A stretch of DNA of 64,000 bases. Source: an uncultured Poribacteria bacterium. Lineage in GTDB: Bacteria > Poribacteria > WGA-4E > WGA-3G. Location: positions 96,001 through 160,000 of the forward strand of contig CATQHZ020000001.1 in NCBI GenBank assembly GCA_958296135.2, given 5' to 3'. Below the pieces are notes generated by a model. It saw only the letters and a program-made list of their open reading frames with translations. It was not told the DNA's origin and did no database searches. How positions within the stretch are numbered: position 1 is the first letter of the stretch; every line of letters begins with the position of its first letter. Shown piece by piece: positions 1 to 9,297 of this stretch. Both the position numbers and the translations under genes were made by a program.

Positions 1-2102
1 TCAAGCAGGGCCTCCCGGCCTGAAGGCGTAATGTAGTCGATGATGCCAGGCGAAATGCCGCTCAGCGTTGCATATTCAAACGCCAATTTTTGGACCTTGT
101 CCAAAACCGCCACTGTCGCTTGCGTACCCAGTTCGTTGAAACAGGTTTCCACGATAGCAGATAATTTCCTGCCGCCTGCTTCATCGTTGAAAAACGGCAG
201 TTGCTGCCCAGAAGCGGCATCCGCCCACTCCAACTCAGCCGGCAGCACCTCGTTAAAAATAACTCTGCCGACAGTGGTGAGAATCGGTGCTTTCCCTTCA
301 AAGAACAACTGGACGCTGTCGTGCAATTTGAGCTGCTCGGCGCCATGCGCGGCTATGACTTCGGCCGGGTGCGTGTAGCGACGGTAATACCACGGCTTGG
401 CGCGGAGCTCCGCGAACAGGGACGCATCACCGTTTCTAGCCGTGTATGCCTTGTGGAGCAATTCCGCATCCGCAGCGTGGGTTGGCAGCGTTTTCGTCAG
501 GTAACTCGGCCCAAGCACCATATCAAGTTCTGGAACAGCAATCGGCCCGCCGTGAGAAGGCTTCAAGATGTTGTGGCTGCTGAGCATCAGCAGCTTCGCT
601 TCTGCCTGCGCCTCGGCGGTTAACGGCACATGCACTGCCATCTGGTCGCCGTCAAAATCCGCATTGAACGCTTTGCAGACAAGCGGCGGAATCCTGATGG
701 ATTTGCCTTCAACCAAAACCGGCATGAACGCCTGAATGCCCAACCGATGCAACGTCGGCGGCCGGTTCAGCAACACAGGATGGTCTTGGATAACTTCTTC
801 CAGCACATCCCAAACCGGACTACTCGGGTCGAGATGCTCCACGAAAGCCTTGGCCCGTTTGATAGTACCGCTGAAACCATACGCTTGCAACCGCTCAATA
901 ATAAACGGCTTGAACAATTCCACCGCCATCCGTTTCGGGATACCGCATTGGTGGAGTTCTAACTCAGGACCGACAACGATGACGCTCCGCCCGGAGTAGT
1001 CCACGCGTTTGCCGAGAAGGTTCTGGCGGAACCGACCGACTTTCCCTTTCAGGACATGCGAGAGCGATTTTAACTCACGATTGCCCGGACCCGTCACCTT
1101 TCTCCCGTGCCGGCCATTGTCAAAGAACGCATCGACAGCTTCCTGGAGCATCCGTTTCTCGTTGCGTAAAATTATCTCCGGCGAACGGATCTGGATGAGT
1201 TTATGCAGGCGGTTGTTCCGATGGATAAGCCGCCGGTACAAATCGTTCAAATCGCTGGTGGCGAACCGGCCACCGTCTAACGTGACAAGGGGCCGCAGAT
1301 CCGGCGGAATGACAGGCAGCACATCCATAATCATCCACTCGGGCCGCTGTCCGGAGGCGATAAAATCCTCCATCAGTTTGATCTGCTTCGCGAGTTTCAC
1401 CTTTTTCTGGTGGCTCCGCGTTTCCTCAAGCTCCTCGGCGAGTTTCGTACGCTCTGCCTCGAGGTCGATCTGGGCGAGGTGTTCGGCGATAACTTCAGCA
1501 CCAGCACCGGCTTTAAATCGCCCGCGATATTGGCGTTTGAGGGTATCGTATTCTACCTCCGTGAGGAGGCGGTTCGGTTTGAGAATGCCTTGCTGCTGGA
1601 GTTCCTCGTCCACTTCGGTGACAATAAACGCTTCAAAGTAGAGCACGCGTTCAATCTGCCGTGCAGGGAGCTCGCAGAACGCGCCGATGCGCGAGGGGAC
1701 ACCCTTGAAAAACCAGATATGCGAGACGGGGGATGCAAGTTGGATATAGCCCATCCGTTCCCGGCGCACGTGCTGGCGCGTAACTTCCACGCCGCACCGG
1801 TCGCAGATAACGCCTTTGTGCTTGATCCGCTTATATTTCCCGCAGTTACACTCCCAATCCTTAGACGGCCCGAAGATGGCTTCACAAAAGAGGCCCTCGA
1901 GTTCGGGACGGAAGGAACGGTAGTTAATCGTCTCGGCTTTCTTCACCACCCCGCAGTTGCAAGTGTGCATTTCTGGACAGGTAAAGGGTTCGTCAGGAGC
2001 GACGGTGCTGCTTCTACGTTTGCAGCAAGTGCGCTTCGCCAACGCTTTGATTTCGTCGGGTGATGCGATTTTGATGGAGATACTGTCAAAAGGTGTTGCC
2101 AT
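1..2102 (-). CDS. rpoC: DNA-directed RNA polymerase subunit beta' (5' part; runs off window start)
   Basis: Manual translation from ATG at 2102 (RBS AGGAGA upstream): MATPFDSISIKIASPDEI...ETINYRS...GLFCEAIFGPSKDWECNCGKYKR. Catalytic NADFDGD is in frame at about 645-665. Immediately downstream of rpoB. Absent from the ORF track because there is no stop in the window. Confidence 0.98.
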   Translation of the reverse strand, partial: MATPFDSISIKIASPDEIKALAKRTCCKRRSSTVAPDEPFTCPEMHTCNCGVVKKAETINYRSFRPELEGLFCEAIFGPSKDWECNCGKYKRIKHKGVICDRCGVEVTRQHVRRERMGYIQLASPVSHIWFFKGVPSRIGAFCELPARQIERVLYFEAFIVTEVDEELQQQGILKPNRLLTEVEYDTLKRQYRGRFKAGAGAEVIAEHLAQIDLEAERTKLAEELEETRSHQKKVKLAKQIKLMEDFIASGQRPEWMIMDVLPVIPPDLRPLVTLDGGRFATSDLNDLYRRLIHRNNRLHKLIQIRSPEIILRNEKRMLQEAVDAFFDNGRHGRKVTGPGNRELKSLSHVLKGKVGRFRQNLLGKRVDYSGRSVIVVGPELELHQCGIPKRMAVELFKPFIIERLQAYGFSGTIKRAKAFVEHLDPSSPVWDVLEEVIQDHPVLLNRPPTLHRLGIQAFMPVLVEGKSIRIPPLVCKAFNADFDGDQMAVHVPLTAEAQAEAKLLMLSSHNILKPSHGGPIAVPELDMVLGPSYLTKTLPTHAADAELLHKAYTARNGDASLFAELRAKPWYYRRYTHPAEVIAAHGAEQLKLHDSVQLFFEGKAPILTTVGRVIFNEVLPAELEWADAASGQQLPFFNDEAGGRKLSAIVETCFNELGTQATVAVLDKVQKLAFEYATLSGISPGIIDYITPSGREALL

Positions 2103-2148
2103 TGCGGATTTTCTCCTATAGCCATTAACGGCCTAGATGAAGATTAAG

Positions 2149-2251
2149 AATTTTTTTCCGCGGGCGATGGACGGATAGAACCATCCGCCCTTACACGCCT
2201 AGAACGGGTAATTTTTTCCGCGGGCGATAGACGGATAGAGCCATCCGCCCT
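2149..2251. repeat. Two direct copies (60-bp period) of a palindromic REP-like unit between rpoB and rpoC
   Basis: ttttttccgcgggcgat(g/a)gacggataga(a/g)ccatccgccct occurs twice; related units at about 16356, 54158 and 60654. Confidence 0.8.
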
Positions 2252-2371
2252 GCCAGTCGGGGGCGATGGCTGCAGCGTTGCGGCATAACGGCCCTCGCCC
2301 TACGAACCGCAGCCCGGCGGCGCAGTCTCAAACCGCGCCTACCGAGGACTACTACGGGCACCTGACACGGA

Positions 2372-5300
2372 TTACTTTTCTTCAGGCGGGTTCAGGGAGA
2401 CGCTGAGGCCGAGCCCCTGGAGCTCGCGCACAAGAACGTTGAAAGACTCCGGCGTGCCGGGGGTTTCAGGGTTGCGTCCCTTTACCACCGCCTCGTAAAT
2501 TTTCGCTCTGCCCCTGAAATCGTCGGATTTGAGCGTGAGCATTTCCTGGAGGGTGTGCGCTGCGCCGTAGGCCTCCAATGCCCACACCTCCATCTCACCC
2601 AGCCGCTGCCCGCCGTGCTGCGCCTTGCCGCCTAACGGCTGCTGCGTAACAAGCGAGTAAGGGCCAGTTGAACGGGCGTGCATCTTGTCGGCAACGAGGT
2701 GGTTCAGTTTGAGGAAATAAACATATCCCACCGTAACCTCCTGGCCGAAGGGTTCACCCGTTCTGCCATCGTAAAGGATGCTTTTCCCGGTCTGTTTGCT
2801 ACGCTCGGGCAGGTGCGTCTTCGCGAGTTGCCCGAAGATTTCCTGCTCAGTCGCGCCGTCAAAAACGGGGGACTCGGCGTAGATGCCCAATTCATGGCAC
2901 GCCCATCCGAGGTGAATCTCAAGAATCTGCCCCACATTCATGCGCGATGGCACGCCCAGCGGATTCAGCACGATATCTACCGGCGTGCCATCGGGCAGGT
3001 AGGGCATATCCTCTTTCGGCAAAATCTCTGCCACCACGCCTTTGTTGCCGTAGCGGCCGGCCATCTTATCGCCGATGGAAATGTGGCGTGTGGTAGCGAC
3101 ATAGACTTTGACAAGTTTAATCACGCCTTGTTTGAGTTCATCGCCGAGTTCCATCTGCTTGAGCGACATCGCTTTCTCTTCGGTGTAGGCCGCGATGCGC
3201 TCATCAGCGATTTCCTCAACGCGCTGGATGTAACTCATCGCCTTCAAATCGGCGACGCGGATATCGCTGAGGACAACGCCGGGTGTCTGGAGGAGTTCCC
3301 CTGTCACTAAGTCGCCGGCTTCTGCAAGCGGTTTGAAGGTGACATCGGGTACTGCGTCATCGTCGCCATCATTGGCGCGTAAGAGGGCCGCTTCGGTGAC
3401 GAGACTCTCGAAAATAGGTTCCGCCAATTCGCATCCGATGAGGGTGTTCCGAATTTCCTCATCCCGCCGCCGGCGAATAGCACGAAGATGCGCCTGGTAG
3501 GTTTCGTCTATCTCCTTCCGCTTTGCGTCGTATCGGAGCTGGTCTGCGTCAGCGAAGCTCTGCGGCCCAGGCTTCCGGGTTGGCTCCTGTTTTCTTGTGA
3601 AGACTTTCACGTCAATCACGATGCCTTCAATGCCGGGTTTGACATAAGTCGAAGCGTCTCGGACTTCGCGCACCTTTTCACCGAAGATGACGTGCAGCAG
3701 TTTTTCCTCCGGTCCGTAATCGCTTTCGCCTTTCGGCGTAATCTTACCGACGAGGATGCTACCCGCGCCAACAAGGCTCCCGACACGGATGATACCCTCT
3801 TCGTCCAGCTGCGAGAGCCGTTGGTCGCTCATATCGGGGATATCGCGCGTAATTTCTTCCGGGCCCATCTTCGTCTCTCGCGCCTCCACCTCAAATTCCT
3901 CGATATGGATGGAACTAAAGGTAGCATTTTGCACAAGCGTATCACTAATGAGGATGGAATCCTCGTAGTTATGCCCACCCCACGGCATATAGGCGCACAA
4001 GACGTTCCGGCCAAGCGCGAGTTCGCCTTCCTCGGTGGAAGTACCATCGGCGATGACATCGCCTGCCGCCACTTTATCGCCGACAGAAACGATAGGACGC
4101 TGATGGATGCACGTGCCGCTGTTGCTCCGCTTGAAAGTGTGGAGTTGATACCGGTCGTACCCCATCTCACTCTTGTGTTGTTCGCCGATGTCTGCGTGAA
4201 GTGCCTCATCGGTATGAATGATGATATCCTCGGCGGAGACGCTCTCGACGGTGCCGCTGCGTTTGGCGATGCCGAGGGCCCCTGAATCCCGGGCGACGCG
4301 TACCTCCATGCCGGTGCCGACAAGTGGGGCTTCTGGCGTGATGAGCGGCACTGCCTGTCGCTGGTGATTCGCGCCCATCAAAGCCCGGTTCGCGTCTTCA
4401 TGCTCTAAAAAGGGCACAAGTGCAGCAGACACACCGACAATCTGCGAGGGTGACACGCCGACGTAGTCCACCTCGGCTAGCGGTAAAGAGAAGATATCTT
4501 CGCCTTTCCGCGCAGGCAGATGAATCCCGGTGTCGCGTGTCTGATGTCCGTTTTTCACCCCGCGGGGTGCAGCTTTGGCGGCGATGCACGCCCGGTCCTC
4601 CCTATTCGCGGTGAGGTATTCGATCTTCAGCTCCTCCAAGGGTTTGCCGGGCTGCACCTTGTAATAAGGTGTCTCGATAAACCCATACGGATTTATCCGC
4701 GCATAACACGCCAGTGAGACAAGCAATCCGATAGAGGGGCCTTCCGGTGTCTCTAACGGACAGACGCGCCCGTAGTGTGTGTGATGCACATCGCGAACAG
4801 CAGCGGTGGCTCTGTCGCGCGAGAGTCCACCGGGCCCGATGGCTGAGATGCGCCGCTTGTGCGTCAATTCATCAAGCGGGTTTACCTGCTGCATGAACTG
4901 CGACAACTGGTTTGAACCGAAGAACTCGCGGAGAGAAACCATCAGCGGCTTCGGGTTAATCAGGGCTGTCGGCACGCAGGTGCGCATATCCGCTGAGGAG
5001 ATACGTTCTCGCGTTGCACGCCGAATCTGGAATAAGCCGATGCCGAATTGGTTTTCGAGCAATTCTCCGATAACCCGCACGCGGCGGTTGCCGAGGTGGT
5101 CCAAGTCGTCCTTGGGCACGAGGCCGTTTTGGACATCAAGGAGGTGCCGCAGCGTCGCCGCGATGTCCTCCGGGCGGAGCGCGCGGAATTTCTCATCTGG
5201 CCGTTCGCCATAGATGGCGAGATGTCCGAGTTTCTCGTTGATTTTGTAACGGCCGACAGTGCCTAAGTCGTAGCGATGCGGGTCAAAGAAGTGCCACGTC

Positions 5301-6928
5301 AGCTGCCGCTGCGCCGCCTCAACGGTAGCAGGTTCCCCCGGGCGGAGGATTTTGTGAATCTCGATAAGTGCAGCGTCCTGAATCGGCGTTTCGCTCTGCC
5401 GTCCAGTAGCGTTTACGCTTGGCGGGTAGTCCGCCTCTTTATCGCGTTCCAGTGTATTCCGTAAGAATCGGAGGGCTTTGGCATCTTCCGGTGCAAGGAC
5501 GGTAAGTGTCTCGATACCAGCATCGCGGAGACGTTCAACTTCTGTCTCAGTGAGCAGAGTATTCGCTGTTACGAGCAGTTCCCCGGTTCTCGGTTCGACA
5601 ATAGGTTCGGCACAGACGCTGCCGAGCGTGTCGTGGATATCTGTGGGTTCAAGTTCCGCCACCGAGAAGTTGCCGCGGTGCATTGCAAGCATTTCGGTGT
5701 ATTCCGTCGGCGTGAGGACTTGGCCTACTTTCAAAGGACAGCCTGTATTCAGAATGTTAGTAACCTGAAGGAGGCGTTCGGTTGTGAACCCTTTCCACTT
5801 CCGGCGTTCGCGGGTGCGTTCGGGCGACGTGAGCATCTGCCCCTCTTCAAGCGGGCACCCTTTGTCGATAACGGAGGTGACACGATAGCACGGTTCGATT
5901 TCAATGCCGGGATATGCCTTCAGTGCCTTTTTATACTTTTCATCTGGCACAATATCGCCGATAGCGTAGGGGCAGTCTGTCCGGTAGAGCGTCGTGACGT
6001 GCCAGACGCGTGCAAATGTCGTCGTCTTCCACGTTTTGCGATGCTGTGCCCACTCGTTCTGTGTGAGCCTATCGCCGACTGCGACGGGGCACGCTGCATC
6101 AGGGACATCGACAACTTCGTAGAAGCGTTCTGCTGCGAAGCCCGGATATTTGGCATCGTAGTTCCGATGTTCCGCAGCAGTGAGGCAATCGCCTATGCTG
6201 AGGGGGCATTCCGGGATAGGCACTTCGGTGACGCGCCAGCCGGCAAGCACGACGCGCGTCGGCTCAGCGAACAGTTTCAAGATATCGGCATCCGTTCCCC
6301 ATCCGAGCGCGCGGAGGAGCACGGAAGCAGGTATTTTCTTGCGCTTATTTAAGCGGACATAGAGCTGGTCCTTCGAGTCCGTCTCAAATTCCACCCAGGA
6401 GCCGCGGTAAGGGATGATCTGGGCGGTGTGCGAGCGTTGTCCGCTCGGGAGCACCTTATCCATAAAAATCACACCGGGGGAACGGTGCAATTGGTTGACG
6501 ATGACGCGTTCGCTGCCGTTGATGATGAAGGAGGCGTTCTCTGTCATCAACGGGACTTCGCCGAAATAGACATCGGACTCGCGGATATCGATGATGTGCG
6601 GTTCGTCGTCCTCGGTATCCTTCTCACAGACGATGAGCCGGAGGCGCGCGGTGAGGGATACCTGATAGGTGACACCTCTAGCGAGACACTCGTCAAGTGT
6701 GTATTTGGGCTCGCCGAGTCGATAATACACGAATTCGAGACGCGACACCTCGCTGAAATCGGCGATAGGAAACACTTCTTGGAAGACAGCTTGCAAGCCG
6801 CTATCGGCGCGGTGTTGGGGCTGCGTATCGCGCTGCAAAAAATTTGCATAGGCGCGCTGCTGTGTCTCAATCAAATTTGGGAGGGGCGTGCGAACGTCTG
6901 TTTTGGCGAAAGAGAGGCGTTTTTTCAT
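2372..6928 (-). CDS. rpoB: DNA-directed RNA polymerase subunit beta (1518 aa, with large inserts)
   Basis: Motifs FIINGSERVIVNQLHRSPG, GRVCPLETPEGPSIGL, GDKMAGRYGNKGVV, GGQRLGEMEVWALEAYGAA. Confidence 0.99.
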   Translation of the reverse strand: MKKRLSFAKTDVRTPLPNLIETQQRAYANFLQRDTQPQHRADSGLQAVFQEVFPIADFSEVSRLEFVYYRLGEPKYTLDECLARGVTYQVSLTARLRLIVCEKDTEDDEPHIIDIRESDVYFGEVPLMTENASFIINGSERVIVNQLHRSPGVIFMDKVLPSGQRSHTAQIIPYRGSWVEFETDSKDQLYVRLNKRKKIPASVLLRALGWGTDADILKLFAEPTRVVLAGWRVTEVPIPECPLSIGDCLTAAEHRNYDAKYPGFAAERFYEVVDVPDAACPVAVGDRLTQNEWAQHRKTWKTTTFARVWHVTTLYRTDCPYAIGDIVPDEKYKKALKAYPGIEIEPCYRVTSVIDKGCPLEEGQMLTSPERTRERRKWKGFTTERLLQVTNILNTGCPLKVGQVLTPTEYTEMLAMHRGNFSVAELEPTDIHDTLGSVCAEPIVEPRTGELLVTANTLLTETEVERLRDAGIETLTVLAPEDAKALRFLRNTLERDKEADYPPSVNATGRQSETPIQDAALIEIHKILRPGEPATVEAAQRQLTWHFFDPHRYDLGTVGRYKINEKLGHLAIYGERPDEKFRALRPEDIAATLRHLLDVQNGLVPKDDLDHLGNRRVRVIGELLENQFGIGLFQIRRATRERISSADMRTCVPTALINPKPLMVSLREFFGSNQLSQFMQQVNPLDELTHKRRISAIGPGGLSRDRATAAVRDVHHTHYGRVCPLETPEGPSIGLLVSLACYARINPYGFIETPYYKVQPGKPLEELKIEYLTANREDRACIAAKAAPRGVKNGHQTRDTGIHLPARKGEDIFSLPLAEVDYVGVSPSQIVGVSAALVPFLEHEDANRALMGANHQRQAVPLITPEAPLVGTGMEVRVARDSGALGIAKRSGTVESVSAEDIIIHTDEALHADIGEQHKSEMGYDRYQLHTFKRSNSGTCIHQRPIVSVGDKVAAGDVIADGTSTEEGELALGRNVLCAYMPWGGHNYEDSILISDTLVQNATFSSIHIEEFEVEARETKMGPEEITRDIPDMSDQRLSQLDEEGIIRVGSLVGAGSILVGKITPKGESDYGPEEKLLHVIFGEKVREVRDASTYVKPGIEGIVIDVKVFTRKQEPTRKPGPQSFADADQLRYDAKRKEIDETYQAHLRAIRRRRDEEIRNTLIGCELAEPIFESLVTEAALLRANDGDDDAVPDVTFKPLAEAGDLVTGELLQTPGVVLSDIRVADLKAMSYIQRVEEIADERIAAYTEEKAMSLKQMELGDELKQGVIKLVKVYVATTRHISIGDKMAGRYGNKGVVAEILPKEDMPYLPDGTPVDIVLNPLGVPSRMNVGQILEIHLGWACHELGIYAESPVFDGATEQEIFGQLAKTHLPERSKQTGKSILYDGRTGEPFGQEVTVGYVYFLKLNHLVADKMHARSTGPYSLVTQQPLGGKAQHGGQRLGEMEVWALEAYGAAHTLQEMLTLKSDDFRGRAKIYEAVVKGRNPETPGTPESFNVLVRELQGLGLSVSLNPPEEK

Positions 6929-7005
6929 TTTTCGTATTTCCTAGCGGTTGTTTAGCTACCTCTGTGACGAAAACGTTGTTGAACCAGGGCCAGCAACGCC
7001 ATTAG

Positions 7006-7042
7006 CGATGACGATGACGATGACGATGTCGATGTCGATGTC
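7006..7042. repeat. Hexamer microsatellite (CGATGA)3(CGATGT)3 in the rpoB leader
   Basis: Direct reading: cgatgacgatgacgatgacgatgtcgatgtcgatgtc. Confidence 0.85.
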
Positions 7043-7168
7043 CTTGGTCCTTCTTCTCTGCCAGGAAAGGAGGCTAGTGATTTTTTAGCGTTTTTCTAAC
7101 GTGGTTTGAAAACAACGAAAAACAAGCGGATTCTATCTCAATTTTATGCAAATATAGCATAACGTAAA

Positions 7169-7197
7169 ATTATACTACATTTTTTAGCAAATGTCAA
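7169..7197 (-). promoter_or_regulatory. Consensus sigma70 promoter for rpoBC
   Basis: Reverse strand TTGACA (7197-7192), 17-bp spacer, TATAAT (7174-7169), AT-rich upstream. Confidence 0.85.
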
Positions 7198-7265
7198 ATT
7201 AAAAATGCGAAAAAAACGTTTTTTTGCAGATTTTTTTAGAAAATCCGGTTAAAAACAGAAAACTT

Positions 7266-7294
7266 TTGATTTTTCGCGGCGAACATGGTATTAT
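7266..7294 (+). promoter_or_regulatory. Divergent sigma70 promoter for the 7346 gene
   Basis: TTGATT-17-TATTAT with extended TG. Confidence 0.55.
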
Positions 7295-7345
7295 TTTGGG
7301 AGAAGATACAGAAAAATTGATGCAAATTGTCGCGGAGGAGATACA

Positions 7346-7882
7346 ATGGGCGTGCTCACATCACCCTTGCCGGTAAAACCCATCATCGCCGTGCTGACAG
7401 CAGCACCGCCGCTGCTGCCAGCTGTCCATCAGGCTTTGGCGCGTCGCCTCGGCCCAATTGATTGGACCAGCGCGCTATTACCGTTTACGAACACGAATTA
7501 CTACGCGGCGGAGATGGGCGAGAATCTGCAACGGCAGTTTCTCAGTTTCGAGCAGCTCATGGACGCGGCGGAGTTGGCGGCGATGAAGAGGTTCACCAAT
7601 CAGGTAGAACAGGCGTTTGCGCGCGAAGGAACACACCATCGGCGCGTCAATTTAGACGCAGGCTACCTCTGCTCGGCGAAGCTTGTCCTCGCATCCACGA
7701 AGGACCACGCGCATCGCATCTATCTCCGCGACGGTATCTATGCCGAAATCACCCTCCGTTTCCATCGCAAAACGTTCCAGCCGTGGGCATGGACGTATCC
7801 GGATTATCGTTCACAAGCCTACATTGATATTTTTAATCACATTCGCACTATCTATAGGGAGCAACTGAAAAACATCTTATGA
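7346..7882 (+). CDS. DUF4416-like protein
   Basis: Motifs TNYYAAEMG, RRVNLDAGY, LVLASTKD..HRIYLRDGIYAEITL, WTYPDY; RBS GGAGGAG. Confidence 0.8.
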   Translation: MGVLTSPLPVKPIIAVLTAAPPLLPAVHQALARRLGPIDWTSALLPFTNTNYYAAEMGENLQRQFLSFEQLMDAAELAAMKRFTNQVEQAFAREGTHHRRVNLDAGYLCSAKLVLASTKDHAHRIYLRDGIYAEITLRFHRKTFQPWAWTYPDYRSQAYIDIFNHIRTIYREQLKNIL

Positions 7883-9219
7883 ACACAACGTCACACCACT
7901 CCGTTCCTCGTAGCGCGGGGCCCTGTCCTCCGCCCTGTCCTCTGCCCTGTCCTCCGCGATGCCTCGGCCCTCAGGAGGTTCTCGTAAAAAAAGGGCCCCG
8001 AGGCCAACAGAACAAAAACGTCGTCATTGACAATGTCAATGAGGGTGCTCGTAAGGCAACTGTCTCTCAATTAGGGAGACTGGCCGAACGCCTGGCGATA
8101 TACAAAAAACTCGCGGTCATTTTTTTAACGCTGTTGACTCATACCCCGATAGTTTCTCAAGAAGCGGAGGTGCCTCGTGCGCGGGCACGGGAGCTCGGCA
8201 TTCGGATAGGGCAATTCTCACCGGGTGAAAACAACGCCATCACCGATGTGCCAGGCGTGAAGGTGGGACATGTCACGCTGAATGAAGGCGAGTCCCTCCG
8301 CACCGGTGTCACCGCTGTCGTGCCGCGGGAGGATATATGGGAGGCGCGGCTGTTTGGCGCGGCGCATGTCATACACGGCAATGGCGAGGCAACCGGCATC
8401 GCACGCATCAACCAAGCCGGTTGGATCGAATCGCCCATCTTGCTCACGAACACGCTGAGTGTCGGACCGGTTCACGATGGCGTTGTCCGGTATATCGTCA
8501 AGCGGTATCCTGATAACAACATTGTACTGCCGATTGTTGCAGAATGTTACGATGGCGGTTTGAACGACATTGATGGACTCCACGTCACCGCAGAACACGC
8601 AATTCAGGCGATAGAGAACGCTACCGCCGGCCCTGTCGCAGAAGGCTGTGTGGGCGCAGGCACGGGAATGCGGTGCTACGGCTTCAAAGCCGGAATTGGC
8701 ACTGCCTCGCGGGTGCTGCCACCCGAACGCGGCGGATGGCGAGTCGGGGTACTCGTTAATTCCAACGGCGGACGGCGGCATCAGTTGCGGATTGACGGCG
8801 TGCCAGTGGGACAAGAAATTACGGATGTTCGCGCAAAACGGGGCAGAGACGGCTCGTTTATCATCGTCATCGCGACAGATGCACCGTTAACGCATCGCCA
8901 GTTGAAACAGATAGCGGTGCGCGCGACGCACGGCCTTGCGCGCACCGGCACCCCAAGCACAGACGGCAGCGGCGAGTTCGTCATCGCATTCTCCACGGCG
9001 AACGTAATCCCAGACGATACGGCAGACGGCACCTTTCCGATTCGGATGACGGAAAATTGGCGGTTGAGTGCCCTCTTTCAGGCAGCAATTGAGGCGACAG
9101 AGGAGGCAGTTGTCAATTCAATGACGATGGCGACGACAACCGTCGGCCGCAACGGGAATACGATGTATGCTATTCCGTTGGAGCGGTTGCAACAGGTAAT
9201 GGAGAAATATGGACGTTAG
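7879..9219 (+). CDS. P1/DmpA (S58) family aminopeptidase; start uncertain, N-terminus partly repeat-derived
   Basis: NAITDVPGVKVGHVT, RTGVTAV, ILLTNTLSVG, EGCVGAGTGM, DGS..I.IATDAPL, GSGEFVIAFSTAN. Confidence 0.9.
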   Translation: MNTTSHHSVPRSAGPCPPPCPLPCPPRCLGPQEVLVKKGPRGQQNKNVVIDNVNEGARKATVSQLGRLAERLAIYKKLAVIFLTLLTHTPIVSQEAEVPRARARELGIRIGQFSPGENNAITDVPGVKVGHVTLNEGESLRTGVTAVVPREDIWEARLFGAAHVIHGNGEATGIARINQAGWIESPILLTNTLSVGPVHDGVVRYIVKRYPDNNIVLPIVAECYDGGLNDIDGLHVTAEHAIQAIENATAGPVAEGCVGAGTGMRCYGFKAGIGTASRVLPPERGGWRVGVLVNSNGGRRHQLRIDGVPVGQEITDVRAKRGRDGSFIIVIATDAPLTHRQLKQIAVRATHGLARTGTPSTDGSGEFVIAFSTANVIPDDTADGTFPIRMTENWRLSALFQAAIEATEEAVVNSMTMATTTVGRNGNTMYAIPLERLQQVMEKYGR

Positions 9220-9297
9220 GCCCCGTAGGCGCAGTTTGGCACCGCGCACAGGACGATTTAGTTCTCCCAAATTCGGTTCATTTTCACCGGCGGGCGG

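Noticed and set aside
5651-6238. Intein in RpoB
   Set aside because: No N-terminal Cys/Ser block, no C-terminal His-Asn and no LAGLIDADG motifs; it is a tandem-repeat insert
40-6955. Numerous plus-strand ORFs opposite rpoB/rpoC
   Set aside because: Antisense shadows caused by GC-rich codon bias
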